From the IMG/VR virus record IMGVR_UViG_3300024581_002496, positions 1 through 44,634 of that record: DNA of 44,634 nt; one strand, written 5' to 3'. Below, in pieces: positions 30,998-40,054 of the stretch. Position numbers and translations under genes: made by a program. Numbering within the stretch: the first letter of the stretch is position 1; the number at the start of each line of letters is the position of its first letter. The DNA is from a virus. The notes beneath the pieces were generated by a model. The model had not been told where the DNA came from and did no database searches. It worked only from the letters and a program-made list of their open reading frames with translations.

Positions 30998-32434
30998 TTA
31001 AGGCCTAACACTAGACTCAATATTGCTATTAATAAAATTAATACTTGATTGATCCCTTAAGGATTGTCCGCTTTCAATCGCTGTCCCTATATCCTGCGCC
31101 CCAGTACCTTGTATATTGTAATTATTAGTATTATTAATATTTACTGGCGCTCTATTTTCTATTATACCACCTACAGCACCTACAAAACCATTGCTTTGAA
31201 ACCCTGAAATAACATTTGCGGCTGATTTTCCAGTTTCTGTTTCATAAAATTTATCAGCTAACTTCTCGCCAATATCTGGTGCTTTTGCTAAGAAAGTTAA
31301 AGCAGCAACTATCAGCCCAAGCTGTGTAGCAAGGGCAAGAGCAGGAACAAGCATAAGTTCCATTGCACCCGCTATCTTTCCAAGATTTGAAACAATAGTC
31401 CCAACAGCTAAACCACCACCTAGTAATTTCACAATATCTGGTATTTCTTCAAAAGCTTTTACTAAATCCCCTATTAGACTTTCACCGCCTGCGCTAAATA
31501 CTGCAAAATCTTCTAACAATAAAACAATTGCACCAAGTCCTAATAAGAAAGGCCTAAAAGTTAAGAGCAAGCCAGCCATTGCAGCGGTCAAGATTGTTAT
31601 TCCATTTTCTAGTCCTGATATTTTATTAATAAAGCCACTAACCAAGCCGAATGCTCCGCTGACTGCCTTTGTAAATACTGCAAAAGATTTGCCTATACCT
31701 GATATTAATTGTATTATATTATCGCCATTGTCATCAACCCATTTAAAAAATTGATTTACTAGCTTATCTAATTCTGGAGCTAATTTTGCAACGGCTTGAT
31801 CTTTTAAAGCAATAAATCTTAATTGCAAAGCTTTCATTGAAGTTCCTAGATTGTCAATGTCTTTTCTTTGTTTGCCGCTTAAGAATATATTATTAGAAAG
31901 CTTATCAAATTCTTCTCTTGATAATCTTAATATATTTATAAACTCTGGGCTTAATCCTATTTTACTAATTAAATTAGTTGCAGTAGCCGCATTAAGGCCT
32001 TTTATATTTTCCCTAACTCTTTCCAATACTTCAAAGGCAGTTTTTGATTGCATAGGATCTACTCCTAATTGTGAAAATGGAGTAATATTGCCCTCGCCAA
32101 AAACAGTAATATCATTTATATTCTTCTGTAAATTGCCCATTGACTGCGCTATCTGATCCGCTGATAATGCTAAATTAGATAATTGCCCTGCTTGTTGTAA
32201 TTTTTGTAAATTCTCAACGGCTAGCCCTGTTTGATTACTTAAATTTTGTAAACTAACGACACCTTTTAAAGAGCTATTAACCAAAGTATTAAGGCCAACA
32301 ACAGCACCAGCGAAAGCAGCGCCAACAGCAATTAAATTGCTTCTTAGTTTTGTAACACTGCCTTTAAATTCGTCTAGCTTCTTTGTGTCGCCTTTTACTC
32401 CTAAATTTATAAATAGTTCTCCTATACTAGCCAT
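30998..32434 (-). CDS. Tail tape measure protein
   Basis: Position after the chaperone pair. Ala/Gly/Leu-rich helical sequence with hydrophobic central segments. Confidence 0.75.
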   Translation of the reverse strand: MASIGELFINLGVKGDTKKLDEFKGSVTKLRSNLIAVGAAFAGAVVGLNTLVNSSLKGVVSLQNLSNQTGLAVENLQKLQQAGQLSNLALSADQIAQSMGNLQKNINDITVFGEGNITPFSQLGVDPMQSKTAFEVLERVRENIKGLNAATATNLISKIGLSPEFINILRLSREEFDKLSNNIFLSGKQRKDIDNLGTSMKALQLRFIALKDQAVAKLAPELDKLVNQFFKWVDDNGDNIIQLISGIGKSFAVFTKAVSGAFGLVSGFINKISGLENGITILTAAMAGLLLTFRPFLLGLGAIVLLLEDFAVFSAGGESLIGDLVKAFEEIPDIVKLLGGGLAVGTIVSNLGKIAGAMELMLVPALALATQLGLIVAALTFLAKAPDIGEKLADKFYETETGKSAANVISGFQSNGFVGAVGGIIENRAPVNINNTNNYNIQGTGAQDIGTAIESGQSLRDQSSINFINSNIESSVRP

Positions 32435-32705
32435 TTTGTTTATTATTTAAGTTTATATATTCGCTTTCATAATCATTGCAAAAGTTTTCATAATGAAACA
32501 TTTTTAAAACCCAGCTAACCGACATATTTTCTATTACTTCTGGATTACCCCCGCCATAACCCGCTTTTGCCAATCTTAAAACAATTAAATCAGTATCCTG
32601 ACAATCTATTTTAGTTTTTGGCTTTATAGTATTACTTCCTGCCGTTACTTTTGTAACGATGAAAGAAGGGGCTTGATAAAAGGCAATACATTGACCTTTA
32701 AGCAC
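32427..32705 (-). CDS. -1 frame ORF overlapping the tail assembly chaperone (gpT-like extension, candidate frameshift product)
   Basis: It is in the -1 frame relative to 32645..33067, and that frame is open from 32744 downstream. The track start is GTG. Confidence 0.45.
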   Translation of the reverse strand: MLKGQCIAFYQAPSFIVTKVTAGSNTIKPKTKIDCQDTDLIVLRLAKAGYGGGNPEVIENMSVSWVLKMFHYENFCNDYESEYINLNNKQNG

Positions 32706-33067
32706 ATTGCAGCTATAAAATAATAGTCGCCTTGTGCTTCTTTGTTATCGTCAAAAAAATCTGTATTAATAGCCTTGCCTTCCCAAGTACACCTTTTAAA
32801 GGCAATATCTAAAGCCTTGTTCAATTCTTCGCTTAAATCTAATTGCATTAAGACATATATTAATTTATCTAAAGCGCCTGATTTAACCGCTGAACCCATT
32901 TGATCTTTATTGCCTGAAAGTAAATTAGGAAAATCAATATCAGATATTTTAACATTACTTTCTTTAATAGCACTCAAGACCGCTCTACGCAGTCTTGAGC
33001 TTTCTATATATCTTAATTCATTTACTACTAATTCTTTTCCTGTTGGAGTTGTAAAAGTATTTGTCAT
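32645..33067 (-). CDS. Tail assembly chaperone (gpG-like)
   Basis: Position between the tube and TMP genes, with the overlapping -1 ORF. Confidence 0.6.
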   Translation of the reverse strand: MTNTFTTPTGKELVVNELRYIESSRLRRAVLSAIKESNVKISDIDFPNLLSGNKDQMGSAVKSGALDKLIYVLMQLDLSEELNKALDIAFKRCTWEGKAINTDFFDDNKEAQGDYYFIAAMCLKVNVLPFIKPLLSSLQK

Positions 33068-33516
33068 TATAAGTTTCTAGATGAATTAGTAAATCTGATA
33101 TTGTAAACTGATACGCCTTGTTCAATATCGCCTTCTACATTAGAAGTTGTTTCAACTCTTTTTGAGAAAGTACCACCTGATAGCGCGTAAGTATCTTCTA
33201 CAACATTTGAGATACCATCGCCAATTCTTTTAACTATTGAACCAGTCAATAAAGTAAAAGAAGGTAAATCAGCTTCCATAGTTTTAAACTTTGAATTTAA
33301 AGTTTTATCATCGCTTGAACCTCTTAAAACTCTTATGCTTAATTCTGCAATCTTGCCAGTTTCATTAAGGGCAATTATAGAATTACCATTTTTACCAGTT
33401 GTTGCCGAAGTTATATCATTTGGAAAAGTTAAAGTTCCAACATCGCCATTAGCTAAGTCAACCAAAGGCAAGCCGTCAATTATAATTGAGTCATTTCCTG
33501 TTAATGCTATTGTCAT
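33067..33516 (-). CDS. Tail tube protein
   Basis: 149 aa, immediately downstream of the sheath gene. Confidence 0.65.
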   Translation of the reverse strand: MTIALTGNDSIIIDGLPLVDLANGDVGTLTFPNDITSATTGKNGNSIIALNETGKIAELSIRVLRGSSDDKTLNSKFKTMEADLPSFTLLTGSIVKRIGDGISNVVEDTYALSGGTFSKRVETTSNVEGDIEQGVSVYNIRFTNSSRNL

Positions 33517-33541
33517 TTTATATTTTATTTAAAGTTAATAA

Positions 33542-35017
33542 TTAAGCCTCTATATTAATAATAATACTTGAAGAATGAATTGCGCCAGCTTCCTTGATTG
33601 CAATTTGCACTATTGGAGCTTCTCTAGCTTCTCTTTCTGCTTGTGCTTGTTGCGCAATAGGCAAGCTATAAAGATAATAGCCGTTATCTTCTATATTTCT
33701 TATAAAGTCTTGCTGATTGCCAAAAGTATCGCCGTTCCAAGTTCCAGGAGCAATAACCCCAGCATTTACGCTTTGTATTAATGGCTGAGAAAGAGCTGCT
33801 TTATAAGCTGTCATTGTTTGCTCTGTTTGTGGCCTTTTTGTATTAGTTTGCTTTAAGAAATTAAAACCTGCAACTTCAACCGCTAATTTAATGAATATAG
33901 AATTATAAACAGAATCAAAGAATTTGTTAGCGCCATTTGAAATGACAACTGGCAAGCCTTCAATAGAGCCGTAATAATCAACGCCAGCAGTTTCTGCTTT
34001 ATCAAATATAGTTTGATTAATTAAAGTATCTGGCAATACATTTGCAAGAGCTTTTAATTGCATAGTTTGAGAAGTATTAGAACCGCTGAAATTTACGCTA
34101 AATGCTCTGCCTAAATAGGCCGCTTTCATTAAGTTTGCTGACTCTTGACTAGCTGAATAAAATAAAATTCTTGTTTTAGTTTGTGTAGCATCTTTAATTA
34201 TTGAAGCAATACCAGTGGTAGGCTCTAAATCTTCCGTGCTGCATACATGAGCTAAGAAAATCATATCTCTAGTTTGAACAGTAGCAGCAATTGCAGAAAT
34301 AGCTGCGTCCTCTAAGTCAAGATTTGTTATAAGTCCTGTATAATTTACTTGCTCCTCAGTTCTTAAGATAGCTTCTGATATAGTTTCGCCTTGTGAGTCT
34401 GCACCACCTGTTGCAGTTCCAGCCGCTACATTGAATAATGAAGCAACACTTAAATCAGTTCCAGAACCAGCAGGCAATTGCACTAAATCAACAGAAGAAG
34501 AAGCGCCAACCTTTTTAGAAGCTAAATCAAAGCCAGTGGCTTTTGCAGTTACTACAACATCAGTCAACTTTCTTTGTAAGATTGTTGCTATATCAGCTAA
34601 AGAGCTTGCATTAGTGAAATTTAGGCCTGTTACATCAACATTATTACCATTTAAAACAACCCTAATATCACCATCAGCAACGGCTTGTAAGTTTGTTAAA
34701 TTAGCTGCAATGTCTGCGCTTTCATAAATACCTTCTATTGCGCTAATTGCATTTATTAAAGGTATAACAACAAGGCGGCCGTCGCCTGTTAAAATGTTTG
34801 GTGATTGTGCAAAAATGTTACTTGCCATTTGAGCAGTAACGCTATTAGTTCCGTAATCAGTTTGAACCGCCGAAGCTGTAACATAAGTATTAAATTCGTC
34901 AACATTGCTAGGAGTTTCAGTAGTAAATATTGCAACGCTATTTACATTAGCAGCAGGTAAACCCGCTGGAGTTCCTGTTATTGAAACATTAATGATATTT
35001 TGAATAGGTATAGACAT
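33542..35017 (-). CDS. Contractile tail sheath protein
   Basis: 491 aa, in the order sheath-tube-chaperone-TMP. Confidence 0.7.
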   Translation of the reverse strand: MSIPIQNIINVSITGTPAGLPAANVNSVAIFTTETPSNVDEFNTYVTASAVQTDYGTNSVTAQMASNIFAQSPNILTGDGRLVVIPLINAISAIEGIYESADIAANLTNLQAVADGDIRVVLNGNNVDVTGLNFTNASSLADIATILQRKLTDVVVTAKATGFDLASKKVGASSSVDLVQLPAGSGTDLSVASLFNVAAGTATGGADSQGETISEAILRTEEQVNYTGLITNLDLEDAAISAIAATVQTRDMIFLAHVCSTEDLEPTTGIASIIKDATQTKTRILFYSASQESANLMKAAYLGRAFSVNFSGSNTSQTMQLKALANVLPDTLINQTIFDKAETAGVDYYGSIEGLPVVISNGANKFFDSVYNSIFIKLAVEVAGFNFLKQTNTKRPQTEQTMTAYKAALSQPLIQSVNAGVIAPGTWNGDTFGNQQDFIRNIEDNGYYLYSLPIAQQAQAEREAREAPIVQIAIKEAGAIHSSSIIINIEA

Positions 35018-35019
35018 AA

Positions 35020-35511
35020 TTATTCGTTTTCAATTGAGTTATTAAAAGTATCATAAACAAGAGTATCTCTCACTTGATTATAATGTGCTAAAATATTAAT
35101 ATTTAGAGCAAATCTATTATACATTCCTTCGCCTTCTAAATCTGATACATTGACAAAGCCTTGTGTTATTGGCGCTATTTGAAAAAAATATTCTTCTTGT
35201 TTATTTCTTGCTAGATCAGAATTTAAAGCCATAATTACTTCCTCTTTTCTTATTATTGAGCTTGAGTCTTTGGAATAAACATTAATAGAATAGCTTTCTT
35301 TCATATTAATAGATAATTCTTGTTGTTCTGTGTCTGGATTAAATCTATTTACGCTGCTATAATTTACAGAATTATTAAAGCCTAAAGTTATAAAAAGCCC
35401 AGATGTATTGGTAGGATTAAAATTTTGATTATAGATATATATTTGATCGTCATTTAATGTCATAAAATCTTTTATTATATCCCCTAAAATTAATATTGGC
35501 TCTCTATTCAT
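35020..35511 (-). CDS. Hypothetical head-tail joining / tail completion protein
   Basis: Position only. Confidence 0.45.
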   Translation of the reverse strand: MNREPILILGDIIKDFMTLNDDQIYIYNQNFNPTNTSGLFITLGFNNSVNYSSVNRFNPDTEQQELSINMKESYSINVYSKDSSSIIRKEEVIMALNSDLARNKQEEYFFQIAPITQGFVNVSDLEGEGMYNRFALNINILAHYNQVRDTLVYDTFNNSIENE

Positions 35512-35839
35512 AACTTTCCACTATATGATATTCATAAAAACCATTACGATTATAGTCGTTTTTATCCATAACTTTATATTCTTTGCTATCAATCTCTATT
35601 TTATCATTAGTGTTGATTGCTATTTCTGCCCTTGTATGTATCATAAACCATTTCCAGCTTCTAGTCTCAAGTGGCTTTATATTTATTTGTTCAGCTTTTA
35701 ACGGCTGTATAACCCCCTTAAAATTGATTATTTCTTCTGTTCTAACATTTCGATAGTCAACAACGCTTGTCGTTATCTTTATAAGCTCTATTGGCTCTGA
35801 CCAGCAATTTAAAACAAAATCAACTTTTGGTTGTCTCAT
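35504..35839 (-). CDS. Hypothetical head-tail joining protein
   Basis: Position only. Confidence 0.45.
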   Translation of the reverse strand: MRQPKVDFVLNCWSEPIELIKITTSVVDYRNVRTEEIINFKGVIQPLKAEQINIKPLETRSWKWFMIHTRAEIAINTNDKIEIDSKEYKVMDKNDYNRNGFYEYHIVESYE

Positions 35840-35841
35840 AA

Positions 35842-36345
35842 TTAATTATTTCTTTTTTCAACTTTACTAATAACGCTACGCCTCAATTGACTACTTGCAA
35901 TCAATTCTTGCCAGCTTCCTTTTCTATTAGCAGTAGCCTCTTTTATTGGCTGCCAAGCTCCAAAACCTCCAGTCTCAAAGGCTTCTTGCACTATTGACTC
36001 GCCATAAATTCCGACTAGCTCTAATATAGTTTCTATACCGTTTTCTTCATCAATATATCTATCTATTATCTGCCCTACCTTCTTTGTTAGTTCCTTTCCT
36101 TTTATAGTCAAAGGATCTAATAAAAAAGACCTACGAGGCAAGTTGCGAGATGGAACGCTAAATTCGTGATCCGCCCCAATTTCTGCATTTGTTCTTCCCG
36201 TTTTATCATCTCTTTTATTTTTATCACCAAATATCCCTAATTTAGCTGTTAATTTACTTTCTTCTAAATTTTTTCTTATCCTTTCTAATCCCTCAATATT
36301 ATAATCAATTTTAACATTGGCATTAGGCATTAGTTCCTCCTGCAA
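35842..36345 (-). CDS. HK97 gp10-like head-tail / tail completion protein
   Basis: NAEIGADHEFSVPSRNLPRRSFLLDPL resembles the gp10-family core (..EfG.....p.rpfl.pa). Confidence 0.45.
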   Translation of the reverse strand: MQEELMPNANVKIDYNIEGLERIRKNLEESKLTAKLGIFGDKNKRDDKTGRTNAEIGADHEFSVPSRNLPRRSFLLDPLTIKGKELTKKVGQIIDRYIDEENGIETILELVGIYGESIVQEAFETGGFGAWQPIKEATANRKGSWQELIASSQLRRSVISKVEKRNN

Positions 36346-36901
36346 TAGCTACCATATTTCCAATAGCTCTAGTTCTTATCATATCAATATATTTTCTGCC
36401 ATAAGTAGTAGTAGCATAAAAAGCATAACCAGACTTTAAATAATAATCTGGTATTGTGGAGCTAACCGACACATTGCCAACACTTTTACTATTTACTAGG
36501 CCAGCGTCAACATTTCCGCCAGAAGTTCCGCCAGCGTTTAAATCATTTACTACGAAATGAGCTGATAAATATAAGTAAGCTAATATCTTATCTTGATCGC
36601 TGCTAAATAGAGCGCTGTTAAAATTGACACAAGACTCTGCATAGGCATTAGTTATGTCAAGGTCGCAAATTAAATCAAAATTAGATATAGCTTTCCAATC
36701 ATTAGTATCAGTAGGTAAAACTCCCACGACCCCATCATTTAAGCACTGATAAAACCTTTTGTTAAGGTCATAAAAAACTTGGTCACCTGTATTATAGGTA
36801 GTTGCAATATCCCAAGTTGCAATATATGTAAAATCACGCCAGAATTGAGCTTTAAACTCTTCTGGCGTAAGTGCTGTAATGATAGGATCTGTGCAAGCCA
36901 T
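36323..36901 (-). CDS. Head-tail adaptor-like protein (DUF4054-like)
   Basis: LTPEEFKAQFWRDFTY at the N-terminus, and a position downstream of the capsid genes. Confidence 0.4.
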   Translation of the reverse strand: MACTDPIITALTPEEFKAQFWRDFTYIATWDIATTYNTGDQVFYDLNKRFYQCLNDGVVGVLPTDTNDWKAISNFDLICDLDITNAYAESCVNFNSALFSSDQDKILAYLYLSAHFVVNDLNAGGTSGGNVDAGLVNSKSVGNVSVSSTIPDYYLKSGYAFYATTTYGRKYIDMIRTRAIGNMVAIAGGTNA

Positions 36902-36918
36902 AATTACTAACTAATTAA

Positions 36919-37143
36919 TTATTCCTTATTATCCTCAACCTTTTTAGCCTTTTTAGCTTTCTTAGCCGCCTTGTCAGCAGCTTCAATAGCTTTTTCAGCA
37001 ATATCTTCTAAGCTAACAATATCTTTATATCTTAATAATTTTTTTGCTTCCTCTTCTTCAAAAGCAATAGAATCATTAGGTTTAAAATATCTGTTATCAG
37101 ATACGATATAAAGTTTTTTTGATTGATTTTGTAAAGTTATCAT
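36919..37143 (-). CDS. Hypothetical small protein with a Lys/Ala-rich tail
   Basis: Track ORF; C-terminus AADKAAKKAKKAKKVEDNKE. Confidence 0.5.
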   Translation of the reverse strand: MITLQNQSKKLYIVSDNRYFKPNDSIAFEEEEAKKLLRYKDIVSLEDIAEKAIEAADKAAKKAKKAKKVEDNKE

Positions 37144-37165
37144 AATTATTTATGTTTAATTAATA

Positions 37166-38233
37166 TTAATAGCTAAAGTATAGGATTTCTTTAGGTCTCT
37201 TAGCGATAATTCCGCTAAATTGCATATAAGATACACTTTGGAAGTCAAAGCCGTTTGCAGTAGCAAAAGCAGTGGAAGTATAAGGTATATTTACATTCAT
37301 TTCTAAAGTATCAATATCTTTATTGTATAAAGCATATCTAGTTTCGCCTAAGTCGTTTTGAGTAGTATCACAATAAACACTAGCAACGATTTCAAAATTA
37401 GGGTTGTTAGTTTGCTCTCTAAATGCTTTTAATAAGAATTCAAACTTAGTTACTAGAGGTTGTGGAGACGCTGAATCAAAAGAGCTTGATAAGCCTAATT
37501 TGTCTGCTTCTGAAATTACAAAAGTAGTAGGGAAAGCAGTGTAATCACAATTTAATCTATAAGCTGCGATTAAATCACGGGCAATTGCATTTAATTCAGT
37601 TGCAGTTCTAGAAGATAAAGAACCAACAATAATTGAAGTATTATTTGCAGCGCCTTGATTATCAAGAGTTAAAATACCATCAACTTTATCTAGTCCTGAA
37701 ATACCTAATTGAGCGACTTTTTGAATACCAAGATCAGCATTCTTTTTATTAGCTCTTTCTTTTTGCTCTATTAGTCTAATAGCTCCGCCGTTATTTGCAG
37801 CAGCTTGTCTGATTTCAGTTAAGCCATAATCTAAAGCAGCGTGCCAGAAGTAAAAAGGAAGATTAATTGCATCATATCCAACATCAGTTTTAGTCTTTTT
37901 AGTAGCAGTTCCGTGTCCGCTGATACCTTCTTCAAAGTTTCCGCCTAATTGGAAGTTTTGATAATATAAGCTTTCAGAAGAGTAAGCACCAAAACCAGTA
38001 ACAATAGGAGTAAAAGCAGCAGGATCTAAAGTATAGAATTTTTGCTCAATTACTTCTTGTTTGATAGCTGTTAAAGTGTCAATATCTTGTTGAAATCCAG
38101 AAGGGGCAGCGTTCATTAAAACATTACCTTTTACATCTTTCATTCCGCTAGGTTGCACAACAGAGATAAAACCGTTGCTATGGTTACCGCTTTCAATAAC
38201 GGCCATCATATTTTTTAATTTATTTGTATCCAT
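37166..38233 (-). CDS. Major capsid protein
   Basis: 355 aa, downstream of the scaffold/protease and decoration genes. Confidence 0.7.
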   Translation of the reverse strand: MDTNKLKNMMAVIESGNHSNGFISVVQPSGMKDVKGNVLMNAAPSGFQQDIDTLTAIKQEVIEQKFYTLDPAAFTPIVTGFGAYSSESLYYQNFQLGGNFEEGISGHGTATKKTKTDVGYDAINLPFYFWHAALDYGLTEIRQAAANNGGAIRLIEQKERANKKNADLGIQKVAQLGISGLDKVDGILTLDNQGAANNTSIIVGSLSSRTATELNAIARDLIAAYRLNCDYTAFPTTFVISEADKLGLSSSFDSASPQPLVTKFEFLLKAFREQTNNPNFEIVASVYCDTTQNDLGETRYALYNKDIDTLEMNVNIPYTSTAFATANGFDFQSVSYMQFSGIIAKRPKEILYFSY

Positions 38234-38260
38234 AATATTTGAATTTTTAATTTATAAAAT

Positions 38261-38701
38261 TTATAGAGTTGATATTAAAACTCTGATTAAATCGCCATCA
38301 GCAGCCGCTTTATCTAAAGCACGACCAATAACAGTTCCAGTTGTTCTAGTTACCACTTTTTCGCCACTTGGCTCAATTTGTACAGTAGCGCCTCTTGCAA
38401 TAGCTGCACTTGCTTCCATTTGCATCACTGAGCCAATACAAGCAATTCTTATTAAGTCGCCAGCAACATTTGCATTTTTTCTAGATTCATAAACAACAAA
38501 TCCAAAAATTGGATCAGTCGCAGCAGTTGCGATATTGACAGTAATTTGTGAATCTGTAGTGTCTGTGATTTTTACAGCTGCGCCATTTACTAAAGTAGCA
38601 ACAGAAGCATCATCAACTTTTACATCAAATAGATTATCTTTTGATAAGGTTAAAAGACCTTTCTCAAGAGACATTCCGAATTGGTTTACATTTTGAGTCA
38701 T
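38261..38701 (-). CDS. Head decoration / DUF2190-like small capsid-associated protein
   Basis: 146 aa, Gly/Ala/Val-rich beta protein between the scaffold and MCP genes. Confidence 0.45.
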   Translation of the reverse strand: MTQNVNQFGMSLEKGLLTLSKDNLFDVKVDDASVATLVNGAAVKITDTTDSQITVNIATAATDPIFGFVVYESRKNANVAGDLIRIACIGSVMQMEASAAIARGATVQIEPSGEKVVTRTTGTVIGRALDKAAADGDLIRVLISTL

Positions 38702-38722
38702 AATTTTATTTTAATTTAATTA

Positions 38723-39913
38723 TTATTTACTAAACATATTCTGCCCTCTTTCAAGCATTGCAGCAATACTTGCTACTTTAGGCTTGCAAGGGTTAGAAAT
38801 CCCGTTTTCATACTTAATTCTATTGGCGTTAATATCGTCGCCTTTATCAACATCAACAGAATTTTTCATAGTACTTCCTTTTTTCTCTTCTTCTTCTTTT
38901 TCATTTTCTTTCTTGTCTTCTTCCTTGTCTTCATTTTCCTTTTTATCCTCTTCTTTCATATCTTCGTTCTCTTTCTTATCTTCTTCTTTATCCTCGTTCT
39001 CTTTCTTATCTTCTTCTTTATCTTCATTCTCTTTTTTGTCTTCTTTTTTATCTTCATTCTCTTTTTTGTCTTCTTCTTTCATTTCCTCATTTTCTTTCTT
39101 GTCTTCTTCGTTTTTCTTTTTGCTTTTTTTGAAGAAGTCCGCTAATTCACCAACGGTCATATCTTCGCCGTCAACATTAATTTTCTCGTCGCCGTTAGCA
39201 TATTTGCATTTATTAGCTTTTTCCTCTGCCATCGCGTTTTTATAATAAGAAATCATTTCAGATACTGGCATTTCTTCGCCGTCAGAATGTTTATATACTT
39301 TGTTTTCTATAGAAAGTTCTTTGCTTTCTGGTTTTGATTTAAAGATATTCATAACTTTATTTTTTATTTTATTATTAGTAGAATTTTCATTGACAAAATT
39401 TTCTTGAATAGAATTTTTATCAATAGAATTTTCAAGAATTATTGCATCTGTGTAGCGTGGATTTTCAACTAAAGCAATATGGGTTATTTCATCATCTTTT
39501 ATTATGTCTATTACCTCATCATCATAAACAACGGCATTTTTAATACCGCCTTGATCTGCTGAAACTGATTTATAGCCTGAGCTTGGTTTGTAGCCTTTAT
39601 TGTCTATTAGATCAATGGCTTCTTCTGCATGAACCGTAAATTCAGCCCACGCCCAGCCGTCTTCCATATATATATCATTTACATAACCGACTATTTGTTC
39701 TGTTGCTTCTTCTTTTGATACTTCTTTGTGTTGTGTTATTATTTTACAGCCTTTGAATTTTTGCGCTATTGTTGGTAAATTTTCTGGTGATATATACACC
39801 ATTTTCTCTATTCCTGGTTCTGGGTAGTTTACTAATCCAGGCTCCATAAACCTTGTTTTATAGGATTTTGCTGTTAGATTTTGAGTGATTGCGTTTGTTT
39901 TAATATCTTGCAT
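38723..39913 (-). CDS. DUF2213-like prohead scaffold/protease protein with a long acidic-lysine tandem repeat
   Basis: ITQHKEV, GYKPSSGYKSV and ITHIALVENPRYTDA resemble DUF2213. The repeat (EDKKENEDKE)n lies at nt 38878..39121. Confidence 0.6.
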   Translation of the reverse strand: MQDIKTNAITQNLTAKSYKTRFMEPGLVNYPEPGIEKMVYISPENLPTIAQKFKGCKIITQHKEVSKEEATEQIVGYVNDIYMEDGWAWAEFTVHAEEAIDLIDNKGYKPSSGYKSVSADQGGIKNAVVYDDEVIDIIKDDEITHIALVENPRYTDAIILENSIDKNSIQENFVNENSTNNKIKNKVMNIFKSKPESKELSIENKVYKHSDGEEMPVSEMISYYKNAMAEEKANKCKYANGDEKINVDGEDMTVGELADFFKKSKKKNEEDKKENEEMKEEDKKENEDKKEDKKENEDKEEDKKENEDKEEDKKENEDMKEEDKKENEDKEEDKKENEKEEEEKKGSTMKNSVDVDKGDDINANRIKYENGISNPCKPKVASIAAMLERGQNMFSK

Positions 39914-39944
39914 AAAAAAATGTAAAAAAAAGTAACTTTTTTTA

Positions 39945-39972
39945 TTGACAATTAAAACTAAGTATTTATATT
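39945..39972 (+). promoter_or_regulatory. Plus-strand copy of the early promoter cassette (TTGACA-N16-TATATT) inside the late operon, followed by the conserved leader and a 3-codon ORF
   Basis: A-tracts, then TTGACA at 39945..39950 and TATATT at 39967..39972. The leader GTAACCAATACCGCAAAATTTACTAACTTAATTTTAATTAAATAATG is followed by ATG ACA AGA TAA at 40028..40039. Confidence 0.45.
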
Positions 39973-40054
39973 AATAAATGTGGGTAACCAATACCGCAAA
40001 ATTTACTAACTTAATTTTAATTAAATAATGACAAGATAAAAGATAAGATTGGAT

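Noticed and set aside
32753-32760. T_TTT_TTT run as the slippery site for the chaperone frameshift
   Set aside because: After a -1 slip at this position the next codon is TGA, and the -1 frame has a further TAA at 32745..32747. It cannot produce the extended product.
38784-39245. 153-aa plus-strand Ser/Phe/Leu-rich ORF
   Set aside because: It is the mirror image of the acidic EDKKENED repeat in the scaffold gene, with no independent start context.
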